The notes under the pieces: model-generated
Database searches by the model: none
What the model saw: only the letters and a program-made list of their open reading frames with translations
What the model was told of the DNA's origin: nothing
Shown here: piece by piece, positions 1-9,148 of the stretch
Numbering within the stretch: position 1 is the first letter of the stretch
How the letters are laid out: the number at the start of each line of letters is the position of its first letter
Made by a program: the position numbers and the translations under genes
DNA from: a virus
Taxonomy: Duplodnaviria > Caudoviricetes
IMG/VR virus record: IMGVR_UViG_3300036770_001455
Span: 1-50,132 of that record
Direction: 5' to 3' (one strand)
DNA: 50,132 nucleotides

Positions 1-2
1 TG

Positions 3-134
3 ATCGCACTAGAGGCGATCCGCGAGGCGATACGGGCAAGGCTGAAATACGGCGAACTGGGCGATCAGGCGCGCCATGAGCTGGAGGACTTGCGCGAGCA
101 ACTGCCGCATGAACTGATTGAGTTGCTGGTGTGA
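3..134 (+). CDS. 3' part of phage hypothetical protein (5'-truncated)
   Basis: Open frame IALEAIREAIRARLKYGELG...LLV ending at TGA 132-134. Confidence 0.6.
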   Translation: MALEAIREAIRARLKYGELGDQARHELEDLREQLPHELIELLV

Positions 135-322
135 CAAGGTGTGACAGCAAGAAAAACGTACAATGATTCCTTTTGAAACACTTTGCTCCCCGTCAGCCGA
201 CGCCGCGCCACACGGCGTCTATCTGGCTGCCGGTGGGTTGCCCCGAGACGTGCGCGGCGGGACACAAACCGACAGGCGGCGAGTGGGCCGGGGCAGTGGC
301 ATCACTGACGGAGAGTAGGGAC

Positions 323-547
323 ATGGCGACACTGAAAGACATTCTGACATCACCTGAGCGGCTTGAGGCTGAAATGAAGGCCGAAGTACGCCAGCGGCTC
401 CGCGACCAGTTCGCGGCGGCGGCGCTGACGGGCCTGCTCGCTGGCTTCCAGAACGGCAAGAGTTGCGACTCCTACGCTCAGGAAGCCTATGAAGTGGCCG
501 ACGCGATGCTGCGGGCGAGACAGCAGGAGGTGCCGACTGATGGCTGA
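323..547 (+). CDS. Phage hypothetical protein (RDxFAAAAL...AYxxADAML type)
   Basis: Motif common in small phage proteins; GGAGAGTAGG upstream of ATG 323. Confidence 0.75.
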   Translation: MATLKDILTSPERLEAEMKAEVRQRLRDQFAAAALTGLLAGFQNGKSCDSYAQEAYEVADAMLRARQQEVPTDG

Positions 548-956
548 CCGATACAAAGTTGTGGCCGGTTCGGAGTCAGGCCACTGTTGCTTCGACAGCA
601 CGGTAGTGGACATGACGCAGCCCGTGATGATGGACGACCAGCACTACAAGGACAAGTACGAAGGCGTTTGTGAGTGCATCTGGGAAGCTGATGCGAACGT
701 CATCTGCGATGCCCTCAACGCGGCAGACCGCTTTCGCTGGATTTCCGTGAGCGAGCGGCTGCCTGAGGAAGGTGTTTGCGTGCTGGTATGGCTTCCAGGG
801 TTCGGCCGCGCGTCCGTAGCAAGTGTGCGTTCCGACTTTTCTTCTCGGCATTGGTGGAATGGCGAGGAAGAATTCTTCAAGGGCGATTGTGGAGTTCTCT
901 TCGGAGACGACGATGCGCCGTCGCATTGGATGCCGCTCCCCGAGCCGCCTCAATGA
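540..956 (+). CDS. DUF551-like phage protein
   Basis: WISVSERLPE...VLV...SHWMPLPEPP signature. Confidence 0.85.
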   Translation: MADRYKVVAGSESGHCCFDSTVVDMTQPVMMDDQHYKDKYEGVCECIWEADANVICDALNAADRFRWISVSERLPEEGVCVLVWLPGFGRASVASVRSDFSSRHWWNGEEEFFKGDCGVLFGDDDAPSHWMPLPEPPQ

Positions 957-1174
957 TCCTTGACGCCAAGACTGACAGGTGCCGTGTTTTTGACGCCAAC
1001 GGCGTCGAACTGAAGTACGTTTTGTGGTGCGATACGGAAACCGGCGAGGCAGAGCGGTACGTTCGCGATGAAGGCGGATTTGTGATTGTTCACGAAGGAA
1101 ACTACGGCGGCATGTCATACGTCAAAACGGAGAGGGTTCACTATCCTGCTCCACTGACGTTCGCCCGCCAATGA
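953..1174 (+). CDS. Phage hypothetical protein
   Basis: ATGA overlaps with both neighbours. Confidence 0.65.
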   Translation: MILDAKTDRCRVFDANGVELKYVLWCDTETGEAERYVRDEGGFVIVHEGNYGGMSYVKTERVHYPAPLTFARQ

Positions 1175-1485
1175 CCCTACACACCTTAGGTGAAGACATG
1201 GACGCCGTGAAGCGTGGGATGGAAATGCTTTACACCCCTCAGAATCAGTTGCCGCCTCTTGCCTACGAATACGCTCGCTCGCTGTGCCAGAAGATCGGCA
1301 TGTGCGGCGAAGTGTTCCTGACGGCGTTCGCGGCCTACGCCCAGTGCGTCGAAGGGCTGGAATGCGAAGACAAGGGCTACGAGGCCAGCGACGATGCCCG
1401 CGAGTGGTTCGCCCAGCGGACCGTTCGGGATTCGCGAATTGCGAACGACGCTACTGCCGTCAGGAAGCGTCGAAACTGCCAGTAG
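1171..1485 (+). CDS. Phage hypothetical protein
   Basis: ATGA overlap with upstream ORF; 104 aa. Confidence 0.6.
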   Translation: MTLHTLGEDMDAVKRGMEMLYTPQNQLPPLAYEYARSLCQKIGMCGEVFLTAFAAYAQCVEGLECEDKGYEASDDAREWFAQRTVRDSRIANDATAVRKRRNCQ

Positions 1486-1512
1486 CCCGCCCCTGCCGTC
1501 TACCGTAGGGGA
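1476..1512 (+). promoter_or_regulatory. Putative late promoter (class A), leaderless
   Basis: CTGCCAG starts 25 nt before TACCGT, then AGGGGA and ATG; same geometry at 28564, 32375, 42062. Confidence 0.5.
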
Positions 1513-1830
1513 ATGATCCGACCGGGCGAACTCCGCGAGCGTGTCACCGTCCAAGTCGCCAGCGGCACGACCAATGCCCTCGGCGAGACCGTGCTGGCGT
1601 GGAGCGATTCGTCTGCCGTGTGGGCCAGCGTCGAAGGCGTGTCGGCTCGGGAGGCTCTGCTGGCTGGGCAGCAGGACGCCGCGATCACTCACAAGGTGCG
1701 GCTCCGCTACCTGCCGGGGCTGACGAGCCGGGAACGGTTCGCGTGGCGGGGGCGGACGCTGGAGATCGTGAGCCTGCTTGAACACGGCAACCGATCGCAG
1801 CACGAAGCGGTCTGCGTGGAGAAGCGGTGA
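1513..1830 (+). CDS. Head closure protein / head-tail adaptor (SPP1 gp16-like)
   Basis: GELRERVTVQ...VWASVE...THKVRLRY...GRTLEIVS pattern; first gene of tail operon. Confidence 0.9.
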   Translation: MIRPGELRERVTVQVASGTTNALGETVLAWSDSSAVWASVEGVSAREALLAGQQDAAITHKVRLRYLPGLTSRERFAWRGRTLEIVSLLEHGNRSQHEAVCVEKR

Positions 1831-2387
1831 TGGCTGCCGATGGCCGCACTGCCGGGATCTCGATCACGGTGAACGTGCCGGGGCTGGAGCAGATCCGCAA
1901 CCAGTTTCTCGCCCTGCCTAATAACCTCGCGGCAAAGCATCAAGCGGCTGCCCTGCGGCGGGCGGCAGAACAAGGCGGAACGCTCCAGGCGTTGAAAGCG
2001 AACACGCCACGCGGACCGACTGGCAACCTCAGACGGGCGATTGCGGTGAAGTCGAAGCGGTATCGGTCTGGAGTTGGCATCGCCATCCTTGGATTCAAGG
2101 CTGGCCGCAGGCAAAACGAAGATTTCGACAACACCAGACTCGGCTACCATCAAGGGCTTGTCGAGTTCGGCACGAAAGAGCGTTTTCGCAAAACAAAAGA
2201 CGGGCGACAGGTCTCGACGGGCAAGATGCCGGTCGGAGGATTCTACGGTCGCCCGCCGATCCGTACCGCGTGGGAGCAGACGCGATCCCGCGTCGAGAGC
2301 CTCATGGTGCAGGAACTCACAAAAGCCTTTGACAAGGCTGCCCGCGAACTCGCCGATCAGATCAAGTCACTTCAGGGACCGTTCTAA
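1830..2387 (+). CDS. HK97 gp10-like tail completion protein
   Basis: TGNLRRAI, LVEFGT, RPPIRTAW motifs; position. Confidence 0.85.
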   Translation: MAADGRTAGISITVNVPGLEQIRNQFLALPNNLAAKHQAAALRRAAEQGGTLQALKANTPRGPTGNLRRAIAVKSKRYRSGVGIAILGFKAGRRQNEDFDNTRLGYHQGLVEFGTKERFRKTKDGRQVSTGKMPVGGFYGRPPIRTAWEQTRSRVESLMVQELTKAFDKAARELADQIKSLQGPF

Positions 2388-2806
2388 TGGCACTCAAATC
2401 CCCCGAAGCCGTACTGCGAAACGCTCTGGTCGCCAATGCCGACGTTCAGGCGTTGCTCGCCGGGCGCATCTACCCGCTCCGCTACACCGGCTCGGGAAAG
2501 ATTCAGTTCCCGATCGCCATCTGGCGACGGGCTCGCATCCTGCGGGTTCCGACCATGAGCGGCCCGGCTGGGCTGCCCCGCGTCACGGTCGAGTTCTCCT
2601 ACTACGGCACGACCTATGAATCCGTCCGCGATCTGGCGGACAAGGCTCGCCGCGTTCTGGATGGGTACGCCGGTCAGATTGAAAATACAGAGGTACGGCA
2701 GGCGACCCTCGAAGACGAATCCGACGACCTTGTGGAAGTCGAAGGCTCCGAGGATTCGCTCTACGTTGTTCGCCAAACCTACGACGTTTTTTGGGTGGAG
2801 ACCTAA
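2387..2806 (+). CDS. Tail terminator (DUF3168-like)
   Basis: L..LLAGRIYP...P...LADKARRVLDGY pattern; precedes tail tube. Confidence 0.8.
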   Translation: MALKSPEAVLRNALVANADVQALLAGRIYPLRYTGSGKIQFPIAIWRRARILRVPTMSGPAGLPRVTVEFSYYGTTYESVRDLADKARRVLDGYAGQIENTEVRQATLEDESDDLVEVEGSEDSLYVVRQTYDVFWVET

Positions 2807-2809
2807 TAC

Positions 2810-3178
2810 ATGGCATCGCACGCTCAGGGCACGACGCTGACTTTCGCCGGAACCGGCTACACCGTCACCAGCATCACGTACTCGATGAACGACGTGTCGG
2901 CTGGCGATACGATCGACGTGTCGCACCTCGGGCTGTCGGCTGGCAGCAACGTCTTGACGATGGATCGTCCGCTCAAGGGCTCTGCCACGGACACGGGCCG
3001 CGAAGTGAGCATCGAGTACATCGGCACCAGCCCGATCGTCGATGGGTCGACGGGAACGCTGGCCATCACTGGCGGGCTGACGCTGTCGGCTGCCGCGACC
3101 GTGGCTTCTTCGTCTGTCACGCTGACGACGAACGACGCGACTCGTGGTCAGGCTACGTTCCGGGTGGCGCGGGTCTAG
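2810..3178 (+). CDS. Tail tube protein, putative
   Basis: Thr/Ser/Gly-rich beta-type protein with DTIDVSHL; position after terminator. Confidence 0.7.
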   Translation: MASHAQGTTLTFAGTGYTVTSITYSMNDVSAGDTIDVSHLGLSAGSNVLTMDRPLKGSATDTGREVSIEYIGTSPIVDGSTGTLAITGGLTLSAAATVASSSVTLTTNDATRGQATFRVARV

Positions 3179-3196
3179 TCCGCTACGGAGGTTTCC

Positions 3197-3505
3197 GTGG
3201 CGACGTACTCGCAAGGCTGCACGGTCACGTTTCGCGGATCATCTCTGTCGGAGGTGGTCAGCGTTTCGATGGACCGTGGCGGCTCCGTGCCGATCGGCAG
3301 GACGTTCGGCGGTTACGCCCAGGACTACGGAAGCGTGACCGTCGAGACGCTTGGCGGCACGGCTGGGTACGGCGACTACGGCTCGCTGGTCATCTCCGGC
3401 GGCGGCATTTCCTTGACAGAGAACGCAGTCTGTACGGGCGTGTCTGCCACGGCGCAGACCAACGACGTGACGCGGTACTCGATCACGTTTGCCCTAATCG
3501 TTTGA
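3197..3505 (+). CDS. Second tail tube-like protein
   Basis: GTG start after GGAGG; N-terminus MATYSQGCTVTF resembles MASHAQGTTLTF of the upstream gene. Confidence 0.6.
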   Translation: MATYSQGCTVTFRGSSLSEVVSVSMDRGGSVPIGRTFGGYAQDYGSVTVETLGGTAGYGDYGSLVISGGGISLTENAVCTGVSATAQTNDVTRYSITFALIV

Positions 3506-3512
3506 GGAAAAC

Positions 3513-3857
3513 ATGGCACTGACGAAAGAGCAGATTCTTGCAGCGGATGACCTGGGACTCTTAGAGGTGAAGGTCAAGGAATGGGGCGGCAGCGTCTTCA
3601 TTCGCGTGATGACCTGCGGCGAGCGGGACGCCTACGAAAACGATTGGGTCGCCAACAAGGGCAAAGGCGTCGACAACTTCCGCACGAAGTTTCTCGCCAA
3701 GTGCCTGTGTGATGAGAAGGGCGAGCGGCTCTTTTCTGACGCCGAGGTGGAGCAGCTGGCGAAGAAGTCCGCCAAGGTAATGAGTCGAGTGTGGGCGAAG
3801 GCGATGGAGCACAACGCTCTGACTGACAAAGACGTGGAGGAACTCGCAAAAAACTAG
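3513..3857 (+). CDS. Tail assembly chaperone (lambda G-like)
   Basis: LTKEQIL...EVKVKEWGGSVFIR...CLCDEKGERLF; ends in slippery GCA AAA AAC TAG. Confidence 0.85.
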   Translation: MALTKEQILAADDLGLLEVKVKEWGGSVFIRVMTCGERDAYENDWVANKGKGVDNFRTKFLAKCLCDEKGERLFSDAEVEQLAKKSAKVMSRVWAKAMEHNALTDKDVEELAKN

Positions 3858-4165
3858 CAGTCCGCCCGACGCGGGTTTTCCTGTTTCGTCTGGCGGCACA
3901 TCTCGGAATGACGGTCAAGCGGCTCTGCGAGGAAATGGATTCGCGGGAGTTTGCCGAATGGGTTGCGATCCACAGGCACTTCCATCCATTGCCCGACGCA
4001 TGGCGTCAGACGGGGTTGATGGCAAGTGCGACCCTCGCCCCGTACTGCCCGCGAGGGCGGACGCCGAAGGTCGATGACTTTATTCCGGTGGTGAAGGCAC
4101 CGCAGCACGAGTTGCAGATACAGGCAGCGTTGGAACAGTTGGCGAAAGATCTGGCGGGTGACTGA
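3848..4165 (+). CDS. Tail assembly chaperone T portion, reached by -1 frameshift (G-T fusion)
   Basis: A AAA AAC at 3848-3854; -1 frame is open from there (LAVRPTRVFLFRLAAHLGMTV...MDSREFAEW) to TGA 4165, directly before tape measure. Confidence 0.8.
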   Translation, partial: KKLAVRPTRVFLFRLAAHLGMTVKRLCEEMDSREFAEWVAIHRHFHPLPDAWRQTGLMASATLAPYCPRGRTPKVDDFIPVVKAPQHELQIQAALEQLAKDLAGD

Positions 4166-7100
4166 TGGCGACGGTGATCGGACTTGGCGTGCAGTTCTCG
4201 GCCAATGCCAACGGCATGACCAAGGGGCTGTCGCAGGTCGATCGCCAGTTGCAGAACCTCGGCAAGCAAGCCAGCCAAGCAGCGAGGCTCTTTGACGGGT
4301 TCGCCTCATCGAGTGGTGCGGCAGCAGCGGCACAGCAGCAGGTCGCCACCGATATTGCGTTCCTGACGAGTGCCTTCAAGACCGGGCAAATCTCGTCAGA
4401 GACGTTCGCCGAGACACTGCGAGACATCACCTCCAGTGCCCAGCAATCGGCGGCTGCGTTCGCCGAAGGGGCACGGATCACGGAGCAGACGGCAACCGCC
4501 GAAGAGCGGCGTGTCGCTCAACTCGACCGGCTTGGCGACCTGCTCCAGCAAGGTGCAATCGACGCGGAGACCTACGGGCGGGCCGTGGCATCGTCGACTG
4601 CCGGATTCGACGGCACGCAGGCGGAAAGGTTTGCCCAGGCTATCGCTCCGCTGCGTGAGCAGTTGCAGTCGGGTGCTATCTCGCTGGAGGAGTTCAATCG
4701 GCAGGCGGGTGGCGTAGCCGATGCCGTCTCTGGCTCCACGTCGTCGGCGCAGCGTAGTGCCGAGGCGATTCTGGAACTCAAGCGGCAACTTGATGCCGGG
4801 GCGATCTCGATTGAGGAGTACCGCAATCAGTTCTCTCAGATCCAGGCGGGCAACATTTCCAGCACGCTCTCGGTCGAGGTGCTCGGGATTCGTGAGGGCA
4901 TTGCGGCGAGTGCGGACCTCCAGGCTGCGATCGCCAGTCTTGAAGGCACGCAGATCGAAGCGGCGTTGCAGATCACGGGCGTCGATTCGATTGACGACCT
5001 GCGGCAGCGGTTTGACGGCGTCGATGGGCGGCAACTCGATGCGTTGCTGCAAGTGCTGGGTGTCGAGTCGATCGAACTGGCACGGCAGCAGTTGGCGGCG
5101 ATCGACGGCACCGAGGTGCTGGCCCAGTTGCAGACTGCCGGGTTTGAGTCGATTGAGGAAGCCCGGTCGCTCCTCGACAGCGTCGAAGGCAAAGACATCA
5201 CGCTCCTCGCCGAGACGCTTGGCATCGAGTCGATCGAGCAACTCACCGCCGTCATCAACGCGGTCGAGTCTCGCACGGTGGAGTTCAACGTTGACTCCAA
5301 CGCGGACGAGACGGCGGCTCAGGTCAAGGCGTTGGTCGATGAGCAGGCGGCGTATCAGCAGTTGCTTTCGGAAGCGGCTCGCATCACCCAGAAATACACG
5401 AGCGACGAAGAGCGGAGGGCGGCAGCCATTGCCAAGATTGAGGAACTCAATCGGGCGGGCGTGCTGTCCGAGGAGATTTACTCGCGGGCGATCGAGGACG
5501 CGAGCGGGGCGAAGGCGGAAGCGGCCCGCGTCGACCAGCAGAGGGCGGCGGATTCCGCCCGTGCCGCGCAGATCATCGAGGCGAATCTGTCTGCTGAAGA
5601 GCGGGCGAGCCGCGACTACGCTGCCTCGGTCGCGGAACTTGATCGGCTCGTGGCGGCTGGCGTTCTCACCGAGGCGGACTACGCCAAGGCGGTTGAACGC
5701 TCGGCGGCGGCCTTTGCGAAGGCGACCGTGGCGGCAGCCCGCTACGAAGACGCGGCAGACGGTGCCGGTGACGCGGGCGTGCTGAAGTTCAATGAACTCA
5801 GCGGCGTGCTCGCTGCGATCCCCGGCCCGATCGGCAACGTCGCTGGTCGGCTCTCTGGGTTGGCGAGTGCAGGCGAAGGGTTGAGCAGAGTCTTTGCTGG
5901 CGGACTCTCGCAGGGGCTCGCGAGTATCGGCACGTCCGTTGCCGGGCTTGTCAATCCGTTTACGGCGGGGCTGGCTGCGGTTGCGGCGTTTGGTGCCGGT
6001 GCGACTGCGGTGGCTCGCGGGCTCCTCGATCTTGAGGACCGCGTCGAGAACCTCGGCAACATCGCCGACAAGTTGGGCGTGTCGTTCGAGTTCATCCAGA
6101 CGCTCGAAGAATCCGCCAATCGTTCCGGCACGAGCATCGACGCCGTGAGTGCGGCATTCGGTCGGCTTCAGAAGTCGGTGCTGGGCGTGGACGAGGAAAG
6201 CAAGGCGGCACAGAAAGCCCTGGCCGAGATCGGCGTCACGGCGGAGCAGTTGCAGTCGCTCAGTCCCGAAGAGCAGTACAAGCTCATCGGCGATGCGTTG
6301 TCGGGTATTGAAGATCCCGCCCGGCGGACGGCGGCGGCTACGGCGTTGTTTGGGCGTGCCGGTGCTGACCTGCTTCCGTTCTTCCGCAACCTCGGGCCTG
6401 CGGCAGCGGACATCGAGCGGCTTGGCGGTGCGTTGTCGGACATCGACCGGCGGCGGATCGACGACTTCGGAGCCGGGCTCGATGCCCTTGGCGTGGCGAG
6501 TTCGCGGCTTGGCGAGTTGCTGCTAGTGCCATTCGCGGGGCTTGGCGAAGGGATCACGCAGGGCACAGCGGAGTTCCTCGGTGGCATCAACCGTATTGCC
6601 GATGCGATTGGAGACATTCTCGCGCCTGAGATGAATACTCTTGGCAACCTGTTTCAGGCGATCGGCGCGGCTGCGTCTGTGGCCGCCGACATCATCGCCA
6701 CGTCGTTTCGGCTTGTGCAGCAAGTGTTGGAGCCGATCGGCGGGAGCATCCTGCCAGCGGTCGGGGCTGGCATCGCGTTTGTCAATCGGCAGATCCTTGT
6801 CGGTGCCGTGGCGAATCTGGCGAAGTTCTTCACGGCGGCTGCGGCTGCGGCTGTTGCGTACGCCACGTCCGCCGGTGCTGCAACCGTATCGACTGCGGCT
6901 CTCGGCGTGGCGATTCGCGGGGCAATCAACTCGACGGGCGTTGGCGTTCTCGTCACTGGCTTTGGGCTCGCGGCGGGGGCGTTGCTGGAGTGGGCGTTTT
7001 CCTCTGATGAGGCTGCTGAGTCCACGAATCGCCTGTCAGAAGAAATTACGAGCGCAACGAATCAAGCATCGGCATTCGGCCAAGAGGGTGTCGCAGCCCT

Positions 7101-8244
7101 AGAGCGATACAAGCAGCGGCTCGAAACGATTGCTGAATTGCAAGACAGCGGCGTGTTCTCTCCCGAGCGAGCCAAAGCTGCTGCTGACCAGGCGAGGCAG
7201 GGTTTTGAGCAGACGATCGCCGGATTCAATGCCGAGGCGGTCGCCAACAAGTTTTCGGATGCAGTTGGAGATGCCGCGACGGCGGCTTCAGAGTTTGGGC
7301 AGGCGGGTTTTGAAGCCGCATTTGCCTACCAGCAATCGCTCCAGCAAATCTCTGAACTGCTGGCTGATGAAACTCTGACGCTGGACGAGGCGAAACGTGC
7401 TGCCGAGCAAGAGAAGGCTGCGTTTGAGGCTCGCATCAAACTGCTCGATGAAGAGGCAAAAGCCCGCGAGCGAGTTGCGGATGCAGCCGAACGTGCCGCC
7501 GAAGCCGCGATCCAAGCCGATCAGCGGCGAGCCGACTCGTTCATCGCCAACCAAGGGCTCGGCGGCGAAGACCCGGCGACCAAGGCGGCGGAAGACCTTC
7601 TTGCGATCACTCGCCAGATCGAGGAAGCCGAGGCGGCGATCGTCGCGGCTCGTGCTGCCGGTGACGCTGCGGCGGAACAGGCTGCGACTCGACGCCTTGC
7701 GATTCTCGACCAAGCTGAAGCCGCCGCGCAGGAGACGGTCGAGTTCGGGTTTTCGTCTCGTGATGCTGCCCGTGCGATCGAGGAAGTTCGCGGTCGGCTC
7801 GATGAGACGTTCACGTTCGACAACTTTGAACTCGCCCCCGAGGCGTTCGCTGCCGCTCAGGAACAGTTGCGGCAGTTGGAGCTTGACCTTGAGGCGAAGG
7901 TCATCGACCCAGACACCTTCGAGGAAGCCGCCGACGCCATCCGCCGTGGCTTCGATGACGCTCTGCGGACTGCCGAGCAGATCCGCGACCTCAATGAGCA
8001 ATACGCCGAACGGGCTGCGGAGATTGATGCCGAGCGGATTCAGGCTCTCTCGCAAGTCTCGCAGCAACCGCTCCAGATCGAGGACGTTCGGACGGGCGCT
8101 GGCATCAGCGAGTTTTTGAGGTTGGCGACCGGGCGTGAAGACCCTGCGATTGCTGAGTACCGCAAGCAGCTTTCCGAACTCCAGAAGATCGCCCGCGAGA
8201 TCCGCGAGTTGGGTGGCGTCGTCGACATCGTGGGGGCGAACTGA
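4165..8244 (+). CDS. Tail tape measure protein
   Basis: 1359 aa, Ala-rich and helical with a hydrophobic segment; follows chaperones. Confidence 0.92.
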   Translation: MATVIGLGVQFSANANGMTKGLSQVDRQLQNLGKQASQAARLFDGFASSSGAAAAAQQQVATDIAFLTSAFKTGQISSETFAETLRDITSSAQQSAAAFAEGARITEQTATAEERRVAQLDRLGDLLQQGAIDAETYGRAVASSTAGFDGTQAERFAQAIAPLREQLQSGAISLEEFNRQAGGVADAVSGSTSSAQRSAEAILELKRQLDAGAISIEEYRNQFSQIQAGNISSTLSVEVLGIREGIAASADLQAAIASLEGTQIEAALQITGVDSIDDLRQRFDGVDGRQLDALLQVLGVESIELARQQLAAIDGTEVLAQLQTAGFESIEEARSLLDSVEGKDITLLAETLGIESIEQLTAVINAVESRTVEFNVDSNADETAAQVKALVDEQAAYQQLLSEAARITQKYTSDEERRAAAIAKIEELNRAGVLSEEIYSRAIEDASGAKAEAARVDQQRAADSARAAQIIEANLSAEERASRDYAASVAELDRLVAAGVLTEADYAKAVERSAAAFAKATVAAARYEDAADGAGDAGVLKFNELSGVLAAIPGPIGNVAGRLSGLASAGEGLSRVFAGGLSQGLASIGTSVAGLVNPFTAGLAAVAAFGAGATAVARGLLDLEDRVENLGNIADKLGVSFEFIQTLEESANRSGTSIDAVSAAFGRLQKSVLGVDEESKAAQKALAEIGVTAEQLQSLSPEEQYKLIGDALSGIEDPARRTAAATALFGRAGADLLPFFRNLGPAAADIERLGGALSDIDRRRIDDFGAGLDALGVASSRLGELLLVPFAGLGEGITQGTAEFLGGINRIADAIGDILAPEMNTLGNLFQAIGAAASVAADIIATSFRLVQQVLEPIGGSILPAVGAGIAFVNRQILVGAVANLAKFFTAAAAAAVAYATSAGAATVSTAALGVAIRGAINSTGVGVLVTGFGLAAGALLEWAFSSDEAAESTNRLSEEITSATNQASAFGQEGVAALERYKQRLETIAELQDSGVFSPERAKAAADQARQGFEQTIAGFNAEAVANKFSDAVGDAATAASEFGQAGFEAAFAYQQSLQQISELLADETLTLDEAKRAAEQEKAAFEARIKLLDEEAKARERVADAAERAAEAAIQADQRRADSFIANQGLGGEDPATKAAEDLLAITRQIEEAEAAIVAARAAGDAAAEQAATRRLAILDQAEAAAQETVEFGFSSRDAARAIEEVRGRLDETFTFDNFELAPEAFAAAQEQLRQLELDLEAKVIDPDTFEEAADAIRRGFDDALRTAEQIRDLNEQYAERAAEIDAERIQALSQVSQQPLQIEDVRTGAGISEFLRLATGREDPAIAEYRKQLSELQKIAREIRELGGVVDIVGAN
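4978..5290 (+). repeat. Four 81-bp (27-aa) tandem repeats in tape measure
   Basis: G[VFI][DE]SI[DE] units start at 4978, 5059, 5140, 5221. Confidence 0.8.
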
Positions 8245-9116
8245 TGGCTGTCCTATCTACCCGCGAAGTCCTGCCCCGCACGTTCACGCACCGATTCGGC
8301 GAGTCGCCGACAGCGGAGATCAAGTATCACGCGACGACGGACGGGCCGACGCCGACGCAGACGGTGCTGAACACGATCGGGATCTTCCACGGGGCGGCAC
8401 ACCCCGAGTATTCGTACCTGCTCTGCACTGAAGGCAGCCTCAACGAACTCGATCGGTTCCATGTCGAGGTTACGTACAGCTATGAAGTGCCTGCCACCGG
8501 CACGGCGGACAGCGACCCGAATCCGCTGGCCCGTGCTGACGTGTGGAGTTTCTCAACCGGCGGCGCGGCGATCCCGGCTCTCGCGTACTACGATGGCAGC
8601 GGCAACGGAAACATCAAGCCTCTCGTAAACTCGGCGTATGACTTCATCGAAGGGGCGATGACCGAAGAGGCTGAACTGCGGGCGACGATCAGCGGCAACC
8701 GGGCGATCTTCCCCGTTGGGCTCGCCGCACAGGTCACAAATGCCCTCAACTCCGATGCGTTCCTTGGGGCTGCCGCGTACCAGTGGAAATGTCAGGGGAT
8801 CAGCGGCCAGCAGCAGGTCGAGGTAGTCAACGGGGCCGAGATCAAATACTGGTCCGTCAGCGTCGAACTCGCGTACCGGCAGAGCGGGTGGCGGCTCATG
8901 CTGCCCAACGTGGGCTGGAACTACATCGAGGGCAGCCAAAAAAAGCGGGCGTACGTGACCGACCCGGAGAGCAACGAAAAGGTCGCATCTGCCAACGTAG
9001 TAGCTCTCAACACGAACGGAAGTATCAAGTCTCCGGGCGTGGCCCCCGACATTCTCTACCGCCGCGTTCATCCAGAGGTGGCGTTCCAGCCGCTCTTCGG
9101 CACGCCGCCGTTCTAA
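8244..9116 (+). CDS. Minor tail protein (distal tail/hub candidate)
   Basis: Immediately after tape measure; beta-rich, 290 aa. Confidence 0.65.
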   Translation: MAVLSTREVLPRTFTHRFGESPTAEIKYHATTDGPTPTQTVLNTIGIFHGAAHPEYSYLLCTEGSLNELDRFHVEVTYSYEVPATGTADSDPNPLARADVWSFSTGGAAIPALAYYDGSGNGNIKPLVNSAYDFIEGAMTEEAELRATISGNRAIFPVGLAAQVTNALNSDAFLGAAAYQWKCQGISGQQQVEVVNGAEIKYWSVSVELAYRQSGWRLMLPNVGWNYIEGSQKKRAYVTDPESNEKVASANVVALNTNGSIKSPGVAPDILYRRVHPEVAFQPLFGTPPF

Positions 9117-9148
9117 AAGCAGCCCCACAAACACGGTAGGTTGGCACT

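Noticed and set aside
128-147. GGTGTGACA direct repeat near TACAAT
   Set aside because: Only two copies, no standard promoter spacing, and not seen elsewhere
3413-3431. TTGAC-N8-CAGTCT class B-like match
   Set aside because: Lies inside a coding region and could be chance
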